Both the position numbers and the translations under genes were made by a program. Under the pieces are notes generated by a model. That model saw nothing but the letters and a program-made list of their open reading frames with translations, was not told where the DNA came from and ran no database searches. Below, in pieces: positions 41,960-52,803 of a DNA stretch of 64,000 nt (position 1 is the first letter of the stretch; every line of letters starts with the position of its first letter). The stretch comes from Eledone cirrhosa (Eukaryota), in NCBI GenBank assembly GCA_964016885.1, contig OZ024741.1:261516001-261580000 (forward strand). The letters run 5' to 3'.

Positions 41960-44900
41960 TTATGAGTGTTCCGACTTACGGGTGTTTCGACTTACGAGTG
42001 TTTTGGCTTACGGTGTTTCGGCTTACGAGTGTTTCGACTTACGAGTGTTTCGACTTACGAGTGTTTTGACTTACGAGTGTTCTGACTTACGAGTGTTCTG
42101 ACTTACGAGTGTTCCGACTTACGAGTGTTCCGACTTACGAGTGTTTCGGCTTACGAGTGTTTCGGCTTACTAATGTTTTTACTTACGAGTGTTTCGGTGT
42201 ACGAGTGTTTCGACTTAAGGATGTTTCGACTTACGAGTGTTTCGACTTACGAGTGTTTCGACTTACGAGTGTTTCGACTTACGAGTGTTTTGGCTTACGA
42301 ATGTTTTGACTTACGGGTGTTTCGACTTCCGGGTGTTTCGGCTTACGAGTGTTTCGACTTACGAGTGTTTTGACTTACGAGTGTTCTGACTTACGAGTGT
42401 TCTGACTTACGAGTGTTCCGACTTACGAGTGTTCCGACTTACGAGTGTTTCGGCTTACGAGTGTTTCGGCTTACGAGTGTTTCGGCTTACGAGTGTTTTG
42501 ACTTACGAGTGTTCTGACTACGAGTGTTCTGACTTACGGGTGTTCTGACTTACGAGTGTTCCGACTTACGAGTGTTTCGGCTAATGAGTGTTTCGACTTA
42601 CGGGCGTTTCGACTTACGGGTGTTTCGAATTACGAGTGTTTTGACTTACGAGTGTTCTGACTTACGAGTGTTCTGACTTACGAGTGTTCCGACTTACGAC
42701 TGTTTCGACTTACGAGTGTTTTGACTTACGAGTGTTCCGACTTACGAGTGTTTCGGCTTACGGGTGTTTCGACGTACGAGTATTTTTGGGTTACGAGTGT
42801 TTCGAGTTACGAGTGTTTTGAATTACGATTGTTTCGGCTTACGAGTGTTTCGACTTACGAGTATTTCGACTTACGAGTTTTTTTACTTACGGTGTTTCGG
42901 CTTACGAGTGTTTCGACTTACGAGTGTTTCGACTTACGGGTGTTTTGACATACGAGTGTTTCGATACAAGTGCTCTGACTTACGAGTGTTCTGACTTACG
43001 AGTGTTCTGACTTACGAGTGTTCTGACTTACGGGTGTTCTGACTTACGTGTGTTCCGACTTACGAGTGTTTCGGCTATGGGTGTTTCGACTTACGAGTGT
43101 TTCGACTTACGAATGTTTTGGCTTACGAGTGTTTCGGCTTACGAGTGTTTCGACTTACGAATGTTTTGGCTTACGAGTGTTTCGGCTTATGGGTGTTTCG
43201 ACTTACGAGTGTTTCGACTTACGAGTGTTCTGACTTACGGTGTTTCGGCTTACAAGTTATTCGACATACGAGTGTTTCGACTTACGGGTGTTTCGACTTA
43301 CGGGTGTTTCGACTTACGAGTGTTTCGACTTACGAGTGTTCTGACTTACGAGTGTTCTGACTTACGAGTGTTCTGACTTACGAGTGTTCTGACTTACGAG
43401 TGTTCCGACTTACGAGTGTTCCGACTTACGAGTGTTTCGGCTTACGAGTGTTTCGGCTTACGAGTGTTTCGACTTACGAGTGTTTCGACTTACGAGTGTT
43501 CCGACTTACGGGTGTTTCGACTTACGAGTGTTTTGGCTTACGGTGTTTCGGCTTACGAGTGTTTCGACTTACGAGTGTTTCGACTTACGAGTGTTTTGAC
43601 TTACGAGTGTTCTGACTTACGAGTGTTCTGACTTACGAGTGTTCCGACTTACGAGTGTTCCGACTTACGAGTGTTTCGGCTTACGAGTGTTTCGGCTTAC
43701 TAATGTTTTTACTTACGAGTGTTTCGGTGTACGAGTGTTTCGACTTAAGGATGTTTCGACTTACGAGTGTTTCGACTTACGAGTGTTTCGACTTACGAGT
43801 GTTTCGACTTACGAGTGTTTTGGCTTACGAATGTTTTGACTTACGGGTGTTTCGACTTACGGGTGTTTCGGCTTACGAGTGTTTCGACTTACGAGTGTTT
43901 TGACTTACGAGTGTTCTGACTTACGAGTGTTCTGACTTACGAGTGTTCCGACTTACGAGTGTTCCGACTTACGAGTGTTTCGGCTTACGAGTGTTTCGGC
44001 TTACGAGTGTTTCGGCTTACGAGTGTTTTGACTTACGAGTGTTCTGACTACGAGTGTTCTGACTTACGGGTGTTCTGACTTACGAGTGTTCCGACTTACG
44101 AGTGTTTCGGCTAATGAGTGTTTCGACTTACGGGCGTTTCGACTTACGGGTGTTTCGAATTACGAGTGTTTTGACTTACGAGTGTTCTGACTTACGAGTG
44201 TTCTGACTTACGAGTGTTCCGACTTACGACTGTTTCGACTTACGAGTGTTTTGACTTACGAGTGTTCCGACTTACGAGTGTTTCGGCTTACGGGTGATTC
44301 GACGTACGAGTATTTTTGGCTTACGAGTGTTTCGAGTTACGAGTGTTTTGAATTACGATTGTTTCGGCTTACGAGTGTTTCGACTTACGAGTATTTCGAC
44401 TTACGAGTTTTTTTACTTACGGTGTTTCGGCTTACGAGTGTTTCGACTTACGAGTGTTTCGACTTACGGGTGTTTTGACATACGAGTGTTTCGATACAAG
44501 TGCTCTGACTTACGAGTGTTCTGACTTACGAGTGTTCTGACTTACGAGTGTTCTGACTTACGGGTGTTCTGACTTACGTGTGTTCCGACTTACGAGTGTT
44601 TCGGCTATGGGTGTTTCGACTTACGAGTGTTTCGACTTACGAATGTTTTGGCTTACGAGTGTTTCGGCTTACGAGTGTTTCGACTTACGAATGTTTTGGC
44701 TTACGAGTGTTTCGGCTTATGGGTGTTTCGACTTACGAGTGTTTCGACTTACGAGTGTTCTGACTTACGGTGTTTCGGCTTACAAGTTATTCGACATACG
44801 AGTGTTTCGACTTACGGGTGTTTCGACTTACGGGTGTTTCGACTTACGAGTGTTCTGACTTACGAGTGTTCTGACTTACGAGTGTTCTGACTTACGAGTG

Positions 44901-45080
44901 TTCTGACTTACGAGTGTTCCGACTTACGAGTGTTCCGGCTTACGAGTGTTTCGGCTTACGAGTGTTTCGGCTTACGAGTGTTTCGACTTACGAGTGTTTC
45001 GACTTACGAGTGTTCCGACTTACGGGTGTTTCGACTTACGAGTGTTTTGGCTTACGGTGTTTCGGCTTACGAGTGTTTCG
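41960..45080 (+). repeat. Local 1530-bp tandem duplication (related partial copy ~2082 bp upstream)
   Basis: ORF entries 42109/43639, 42721/44251 and 43048/44578 are offset by 1530. Entries 40639/42721 are offset by 2082. Confidence 0.85.
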
Positions 45081-46150
45081 ACTTACGAGTATTTCGACTT
45101 ACGAGTTTTTTTACTTACGGTGTTTCGACTTACGAGTGTTTCGACTTACGAGTGTTTTGACTTACGGGTGTTTTGACATACGAGTGTTTCGATACGAGTG
45201 CTCTGACTTACGAGTGTTCTGACTTACGAGTGTTCTGACTTACGCGTGTTCTGACTTACGGGTGTTCTGACTTACGTATGTTCCGACTTACGAGTGTTTC
45301 GGCTATGGGTGTTTCGACTTACGAGTGTTTCGACTTACGAGTGTTCCGACTTACGGGTGTTTCGACTTACAAGTGTTTTGGCTTACGGTGTTTCGGCTTA
45401 CGAGTGTTTCGACTTACGAGTGTTTCGACTTACGAGTGTTTTGACTTACGAGTGTTCTGACTTACGAGTGTTCTGACTTACGGGTGTTTCGACTTACGGG
45501 TGTTTCGGCTTACGAGTGTTCTGACATACGAGTGTTCTGACTTACGAGTGTTTCGACTTACGAGTGTTTTTACTTAAGGGTGTTTCGACTTACGAGTGTT
45601 TCGGCTTACGAGTGTTTCGACTTACGAGTGTTCTGACTTACGAGTGTTCCGACTTACGAGCGTTCCTACTTACGAGTGTTTCGACTTACGAGTGTTTCGA
45701 CTTACGAGTGCTTTGACTTACGAATGTTTTGACTTACTTCGACTTACGAGTGATCTAACTTACGAGTGTTCCTGCTTACGAGCGTTCCTACTTACGAGTG
45801 TTTCGGCTTACGAGTGTTTCGGTGTTTCGGCTTACGTGTGTTTCGACTTACGAGTGTTTCGACTTACGAGTGTTTCGGCTTATGAGTGTTTCGACTTACA
45901 AGTATTTCGGCTTACGAGTGTTTCGACGTACGAATGTTTTGGCTTACGAGTGTTTCGGCTTATGAGTGTTTCGACTTACGAGAGTTTCGACGTACGAGTA
46001 TTTCGGCTTACGAGTGTTTCGACTTACGAGTGTTTCAGCTTACGAGTGTTTCAGTGTTTCGGCTTACGTGTGTTTCGACTTACGAGTGTTTCGACTTACG
46101 ACTGTTTCGGCTTACGAGTGTTTCGGCTTACGAGTGTTTCGGCTTATATA

Positions 46151-46228
46151 TAAACGTTTCTATTTCCATCGTTTTATCGTAAACGTTTATATATTTCCAT
46201 CGTTATATCAACGTTTATATTTCCGTCA
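46151..46228 (+). repeat. ~30-bp degenerate tandem repeat, ~2.6 copies
   Basis: taaacgtttctatttccatcgttttatcg / taaacgtttatatatttccatcgttatatc / aacgtttatatttccgtca. Confidence 0.85.
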
Positions 46229-46389
46229 CTAATCTCTTTTTCTCCTTTTCCGTTTTAATATATATTTATTTTAAAGATTTCACCGTATAGATAACATATA
46301 TATTTATACATGCAGAGACGGTGAAAATGTGGTGCCAAAAACATTTCTCATCCAAATCTCAACAATATCAGTATATACACTAGATTTGC

Positions 46390-46424
46390 TAGCAGAAAAC
46401 CGCCCACCGGGTGGTTTTCTGCTA
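46390..46424. other. 35-bp hairpin/inverted repeat (16-bp stem with one G-T pair, 3-nt loop)
   Basis: TAGCAGAAAACCGCCC-ACC-GGGTGGTTTTCTGCTA. The outer 12 bp are a perfect inverted repeat. Confidence 0.9.
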
Positions 46425-46425
46425 T

Positions 46426-46832
46426 TCTATATATATAAAACTGAGGATGTCTGTCTGTGTGTGAGTTTGAATCCCTAAAACTCGAGAACCACCCAACCGA
46501 CTGTTTTCAAACTTTACACATGTAATAATTATGTTTCAGGGAGTGTTCTGAGCAAAGAATATTTCAAATTTTCAATGCCGTAGGGACCACATTAGGCGAT
46601 TTAGCGATCTCTCTCTATAATTCTTAGTCTTTCTCTTTTTAGATAGATACATACATATAACGTCGTGCCCTTATAATATCTGTCTGTATGTCTGGCTGTC
46701 TGCATTACGTCACTTCCCTGAGGATGTCTGTGTGTGTGTGTGTCTGTGAGTTTGAATCCCTAAAATGCGAGAAGTACCCAACCGATTTTTTTCAAACTTT
46801 ACATGTGTATTACTTATGTTTCAGGGAGTGTT
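46426..46832 (+). mobile_element. Putative non-autonomous Helitron-like 5'-end fragments (two diverged copies)
   Basis: Starts TCTATATATATAAAA, then a TGTC/TG microsatellite and a caaccga...ttcaaacttt motif. This layout resembles invertebrate non-autonomous Helitron 5' ends as I recall them, and was not searched. Segment 46441-46547 is repeated with divergence at 46718-46832. Confidence 0.45.
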
Positions 46833-49800
46833 TGTTATGCACATAAAATTCAACCTTTTGATCTGGTGTTTTGACTTACGAGTGTTTCGACTTACGAGAG
46901 TTCCGACTTACGAGTGTTTCGGCTTACGAGTGTTCCGACTTACGAGTGTTTCGACTTACGAGTGTTTCGGCTTACGAGTGTTTCGACTTACGAGTGTTCC
47001 GACTTACGAGCGTTCCGACTTACGAGTGTTTCGACTTATGAGTGTTAAGACTTACGGGTGTTTTGACATACGAGTGTTTCGATACGAGTGTTTCGACTTA
47101 CGAGTGTTACGAGTGTTCTGACTTACGAGTGTTTCGACTTACGAGTGTTCTGACCTACGAGTGTTTCGATACGAGTGTTTTGACTTACGGGTGTTTCGAC
47201 TTACGAGTGTTTCGACTTACGAGTGTTTCGAGTTACGAGTGTTTCGACTTACGAGTGTTTTGACTTACGAATGTTCTGACTTACGGGTGTTTCGGCTTAC
47301 GAGTGTTTCGACTTACGAGTGTTTTAACTTACGGGTGTTTCGACTTACACGTGTTTCGACTTGCGAGTGTTTCGACTTACGAGTATTTCGACTTACGAGT
47401 GTTTCGACTTACGAGTGTTCTGACTTACGGGTGTTCCGACTTACGAGTGTTTCGGCTTACGATTATTTTGACTTACGATTGTTTGGCTTACGAATGTTTC
47501 GACTTACGAGTGTTTCGACTTACGAGTGTTTTGACTTACGGTGTTTTGACTTACGGGTGTTTCGGCTTACGAGTGTTTCGACTTACGAGTCTTTCGGCTT
47601 ACGAGTGTTTCGACTTACTAATGTTTTTACTTACGAGTGTTTCGGCGTACGAGTGTTTCGACTTACGAGTGTTTCGACTAACGGGTGTTTTGACTTACGG
47701 GTGTTTCGGCTTACGAGTGTTTTGACTTACGAGTGTTTTGACTTAAGGGTGTTTCGACTTACGAGTATTTTTGGCTTACGAGTGTTTCGACTTACGAGTG
47801 TTTTGACTTACGAGTGTTCTGATTTACGGATGTTTCGACATACGAGTGTTTCGACTTACGAGTGTTTCGACTTATGAGTGTTTCGACTTACGAGTGTTTC
47901 GACTTACGAGTGTTTCGGCTTATGAGTGTTTCGACTTACGAGTGTTTTGACATACGGTGTTTCGGCTTACGAGTGTTTCGACTTACGAGTGTTTTGACTT
48001 ACGGGTGTTTTGACATACGAGTGTTTCGATACGAGTGTTCTGACTTACGAGTGTTCTGACTTACGAGTGTTTTGACTCACGAGTGTTCTGACTTACGAGT
48101 GTTCCGACTTACGAGTGTTCCGACTTACGAGTGTTTTGGCTTACGAGTGTTTCCGGCTTACGAGTGTTTCGACTTACGAGTGTTTTGACTTACGGTGTTT
48201 CGGCTTACGAGTGATTCGACTTACGAGTGTTTTGACTTACGGGTGTTTCGGCTTGCGAGTGTTTCGACTTACGAGTGTTTCGGCTTATGAGTGTTTCGAC
48301 TTACTAATGTTTTTACTTACGAGTGTTTCGGCGTACGAGTGTTTTGACTTACGAGTGTTTCGATTTACGAGTGTTTCGGCTTGCGAGTGTTTCGACTTAC
48401 TAATGTTTTTACTTACGAGTGTTTCGGCGTACGAGTGTTTCGGCTTACGAGTGTTTCGACTTACGAGTGTTTTGACTTACGGGTGATTTGACTTACGGGT
48501 GTTGTGAATTACGAGTGTTCCGATTTACGAGTGTTTTGACTTACGGTGTTTCGGCTTACGAGTGATTCGACTTACGAATGTTTTGACTTACGGGTGTTTC
48601 GGCTTGCGAGTGTTTCGACTTACGAGTGTTTCGGCTTATGGGTGTTTCGACTTACTAATATTTTTACTTACGAGTGTTTCGGCGTACGAGTGTTTTGACT
48701 TACGAGTGTTTCGACTTACGAGTGTTTCGACTTACGAGTGTTTCGGCTTACGTGAGTTTCGACTTAAGAGTGTTCTGATTTACGAGTGTTCTGACTTGCG
48801 GGTGTTCTGATTTACGAGTGTTCCGACTTACGAGTGTTTCGGCTTATGAGTGTTTCGAATTACGAGTGTTTCGGCTTACGAGTGTTTCGACTTATGGGTG
48901 TTTCGACTTACGAGTGTTTTTACTTACGGTGTTTCGGCTTACGAGTGTTTCGACATACGAGTGTTTTGACTTACGGGTGTTTCGACTTACGAGTGTTTTG
49001 ACTTACGAATGTTTTGACTTACGGGTGTTTCGGCTTACGAGTGTTTCGACTTACGAGTGTTTCGGCTTACGAGTGTTTCGACTTACTAATGTTCTTACTT
49101 ACGAGTGTTTCGGCTTACGAGTGTTTCGACTTACGAGTCTTTCGGCTTACGAGTGTTTCGACTTACTAATGTTTTTACTTACGAGTGTTTCGGCGTACGA
49201 GTGTTTCGACTTACGAGTGTTTCGACTAACGGGTGTTTTGACTTACGGGTGTTTCGGCTTACGAGTGTTTTGACTTACGAGTGTTTTGACTTAAGGGTGT
49301 TTCGACTTACGAGTATTTTTGGCTTACGAGTGTTTCGACTTACGAGTGTTTTGACTTACGAGTGTTTCGACTTACGAGTGTTTCGACTTATGAGTGTTTC
49401 GACTTACGAGTGTTTCGAATTACGAGTGTTTCGGCTTATGAGTGTTTCGACTTACGAGTGTTTTGACTTATGGTGTTTCGGCTTACGAGTGTTTCGACTT
49501 ACGAGTGATTCGGCTTGCGAGTGTTTCGACTTACTAATGTTTTTACTTACGAGTTTTTCGGCGTACGAGTGTTTCGACTTACGAGTGTTTCGACTTACGG
49601 GTGTTTTGACTTAAGGGTGTTTCGACTTACAAGTGTTTCGACTTACGAGTGTTTCGACTTACGAGTGTTCTGACTTACGAGTGTTCTGATTTACGGATGT
49701 TTCGACATACGAGTGTTTCGACTTACGAGTGTTTTGGCTTACGAGTGTTTTGACTTAAGGGTGTTTCGACTTACGAGTGTTTCGATACGAGTGTTTCGAC

Positions 49801-52734
49801 TTACGAGTGTTTCGGCTTACGAGTGTTTCGACTTACGAGTGTTTCGACTTACGAGTGTTCTGATTTACGGATGTTTCGAAATACGAGCGTTTCGACTTAC
49901 GAGTGTTTCGACTTACGAGTGTTTTGACATACGGGTGTTTTGACATACGAATGTTTCGATACGAGTGTTCTGACTTACGAGTGTTCTGACTTACGAGTGT
50001 TCTGACTTACGAGTGTTCTGACTTACGAGTGTTCCGACTTACGAGTGTTCCGACTTACGAGTGTTTCGGCTTACGAGTGTTTCGGCTTACGAGTGTTTCG
50101 ACTTACGAGTGTTCCGACTTACGGGTGTTTCGACTTACGAGTGTTTTGGCTTACGGTGTTTCGGCTTACGAGTGTTTCGACTTACGATTGTTTTGACTTA
50201 CGGCTGTTTTGACATACGAGTGTTTCGATACGAGTGCTCTGACTTACGAGTGTTCTGACTTACGAGTGTTCTGACTTACGAGTGTTCTGACTTACGGGTG
50301 TTCTGACTTACGAGTGTACCGACTTACGAGTGTTTCGGCTAATGAGTGTTTCGACTTACGGGCGTTTCGACTTACGGGTGTTTCGACTTACGAGTGTTTT
50401 GACTTACGAGTGTTCTGACTTACGAGTGTTCTGACTTACGAGTGTTCCGACTTACGACTGTTTCGATTTACGAGTGTTTTGACTTACGAGTGTTCCGACT
50501 TACGAGTGTTTCGGCTTACGGGTGTTTCGACGTACGAGTATTTTTGGCTTACGAGTGTTTCGACTTACGAGTGTTTTGAATTACGATTGTTTCGGCTTAC
50601 GAGTGTTTCGACTTACGAGTATTTCGACTTACGAGTGTTTTGACTTACGGGTATTTTGACATACGAGTGTTTCGATACGAGTGCTCTTATTTACGAGTGT
50701 TCTGACTTACGAGTGTTCTCACTTACGAGTGTTCTGACTTACGGGTGTTCTGACTTACGTGTATTCCGACTTACGAGTGTTTCGGCTATGGGTGTTTCGA
50801 CTTACGAGTGTTTCGACTAACGAATGTTTTGGCTTACGAGTGTTTCGGCTTATTGGTGTTTCGACTTACGAGTGTTTCGACTTACGAGTGTTTTGACTTA
50901 CGGTGTTTCGGCTTACAAGTTATTCGACATACGAGTGTTTCGACTTACGGGTGTTTCGACTTACGAGTGTTTCGAGTTATGAGTGTTTCGACTTACGAGT
51001 GTTCTGACTTACGAGTGTTCTGACTTGCGAGTGTTCCGACTTACGAGTGTTTCGGCTTACGAGTGTTTCGACATACGAGTGTTTTGACTTACGGATGTTT
51101 CGACTTACGGGTGTTTCGACTTACGAGTGTTTCGACATACGAGTGTTCTGACTACGAGTGTTCTGACTTACGGGTGCTCTGACTTACGAGTGTTTCGACT
51201 TACGAGTGTTTCGACTTACGAGTGTTTCGACTTACGAGTGTTTCGGCTTACGAGTGTTTCGACTTAAGAGTGTTCTGATTTACGAGTGTTCTGACTTGCG
51301 GGTGTTCTGATTTACGAGTGTTCCGACTTACGAGTGTTTCGGCTTATGAGTGTTTCGACTTACGAGTGTTTCGGCTTACGAGTGTTTCGACTTATGGGCG
51401 TTTCGACTTACGAGTGTTTTTACTTACGGTGTTTCGGCTTACGAGTACTTCGACATACGAGTGTTTTGACTTACGTGTGTTTCGACTTACGAGTGTTTTG
51501 ACTTACGAATGTTTTGACTTACGAGTGTTTCGGCGTACGAGAGTTTTGACTTACGAGTGTTTCTACTTACGAGTGTTTCGACTTACGAGTGTTTTGACTT
51601 ACGAATGTTTTGACTTACGGGTGTTTCGGCTTACGAGTGTTTCGACTTACGAGTCTTTCGGCTTACGAGTGTTTCGACTTACTAATGTTTTTACTTACGA
51701 GTGTTTCGACTTACGAGTGTTTCGGCTTACGAGTGTTTCGACTTACTAATGTTTTTACTTACGAGTGTTTCGGCGTACGAGTGTTTCGACTTACGAGTGT
51801 TTTTACTTAAGGGTGTTTCGACTTACGAGTATTTTTGGCTTACGAGTGTTTCGACTTACGAGTGTTTTGACTTACGAGTGTTCTGATTTACGGATGTTTC
51901 GACATACGAGTGTTTTGACTTACGATGTTTCGACTTACGAGTGTTTCGACTTACGAGTGTTCTGACTTACGAGTGTTCTGACTTACGAGTGTTCCGGCTT
52001 ACGAGTTTTTCGACTTACGAGTGTTTCGACTTACGAGTGTTTCGACTTACGAGTGTTTCGGCTTACGAGTGGTTTGACTTACGAGTGTTCTGACTACGAG
52101 TGTTCTGACTTACGAGTGTTTCGGCTTATGAGTGTTTCGACTTACGAGTGTTTCGGTTTATGAGTGTTTCGACTTACGAGTGTTTCGGCTTACGAGTGTT
52201 TCGACTTACGAGTGTTTCGACTTACGGGTGTTTCGACTTACGAGTGTTTCGTCTACGAGTGTTTCGACTTACGAGTGTATCGGCTTACGAGTGTTTCGAC
52301 ATACGGGTGTTTCGACTTACGGTGTTTCGGCTTACGAGTGTTTCGACTTACGAGTGTTCTGACTTACGAGTGTTCTGACTTATGAGTGTTCTGACTTACG
52401 AGTGTTCCGACTTACGAGTGTTTCGGCTTACGAGTGTTTCGGCTTACGAGTGTTTCGACTTACGAGTGTTTCGACTTACGAGTGTTTCGACTTATGAGTG
52501 TTTTGACTTATGGTGTTTCGGCTTACGAGTGTTTCGACTTACGAGTGTTTTGACTTACTGGTGTTTTGACATACGAGTGTTTCGATACGAGTGTTTCGAC
52601 TTACGAGTGTTCTGACTTACGAGTGTTCTGACTTACGAGTGTTCTGACTTACGAGTGTTCTGACTTACGAGTGTTCCGACTTACGAGTGTTTCGGCTCAC
52701 GAGTGTTTCGGCTTACGAGTGTTTCGACTTACGA

Positions 52735-52803
52735 AAATAACAAATAGACGCGGTTTCAAATCTCTATGCTTTTCAAATTCAGTACATTAATCTTTATTTA
52801 TAC
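52735..52803. repeat. 69-bp AT-rich insert, allele B
   Basis: Same sequence as the 6204 copy. Lies at the end of 5.1-kb HOR unit 1. Confidence 0.95.

Larger units (their letters stand above)
1..46146 (+). repeat. 16-bp satellite array, left block (consensus GACTTACGAGTGTTTC), open at window start
   Basis: Continuous head-to-tail copies with recurrent variants TTTCGAC/TTTTGAC/TTCTGAC/TTCCGAC/TTTCGGC, TACGGG, TATGAG and GACATAC, plus 14- and 15-bp deletion monomers (TTCGATACGAG, CTTACGGTG, GACTACGAG). Interrupted only by 69-bp inserts. Confidence 0.99.
46147..46864. other. ~720-bp unique AT-rich non-satellite island interrupting the array
   Basis: No 16-bp monomers. Contains (TA)n, (TG)n and TGTC microsatellite patches, a hairpin and an internal duplication. 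No target-site duplication is visible. Confidence 0.95.

Noticed and set aside
46390-46424. Rho-independent terminator reading of the hairpin
   Set aside because: There is no upstream gene, the context is eukaryote-like satellite, and the T-run lies inside the stem.
46765-47121. 118-aa ORF beginning in the unique island
   Set aside because: Only about 33 codons are non-satellite and they lie in a degenerate repeat fragment. The rest is satellite read-through.
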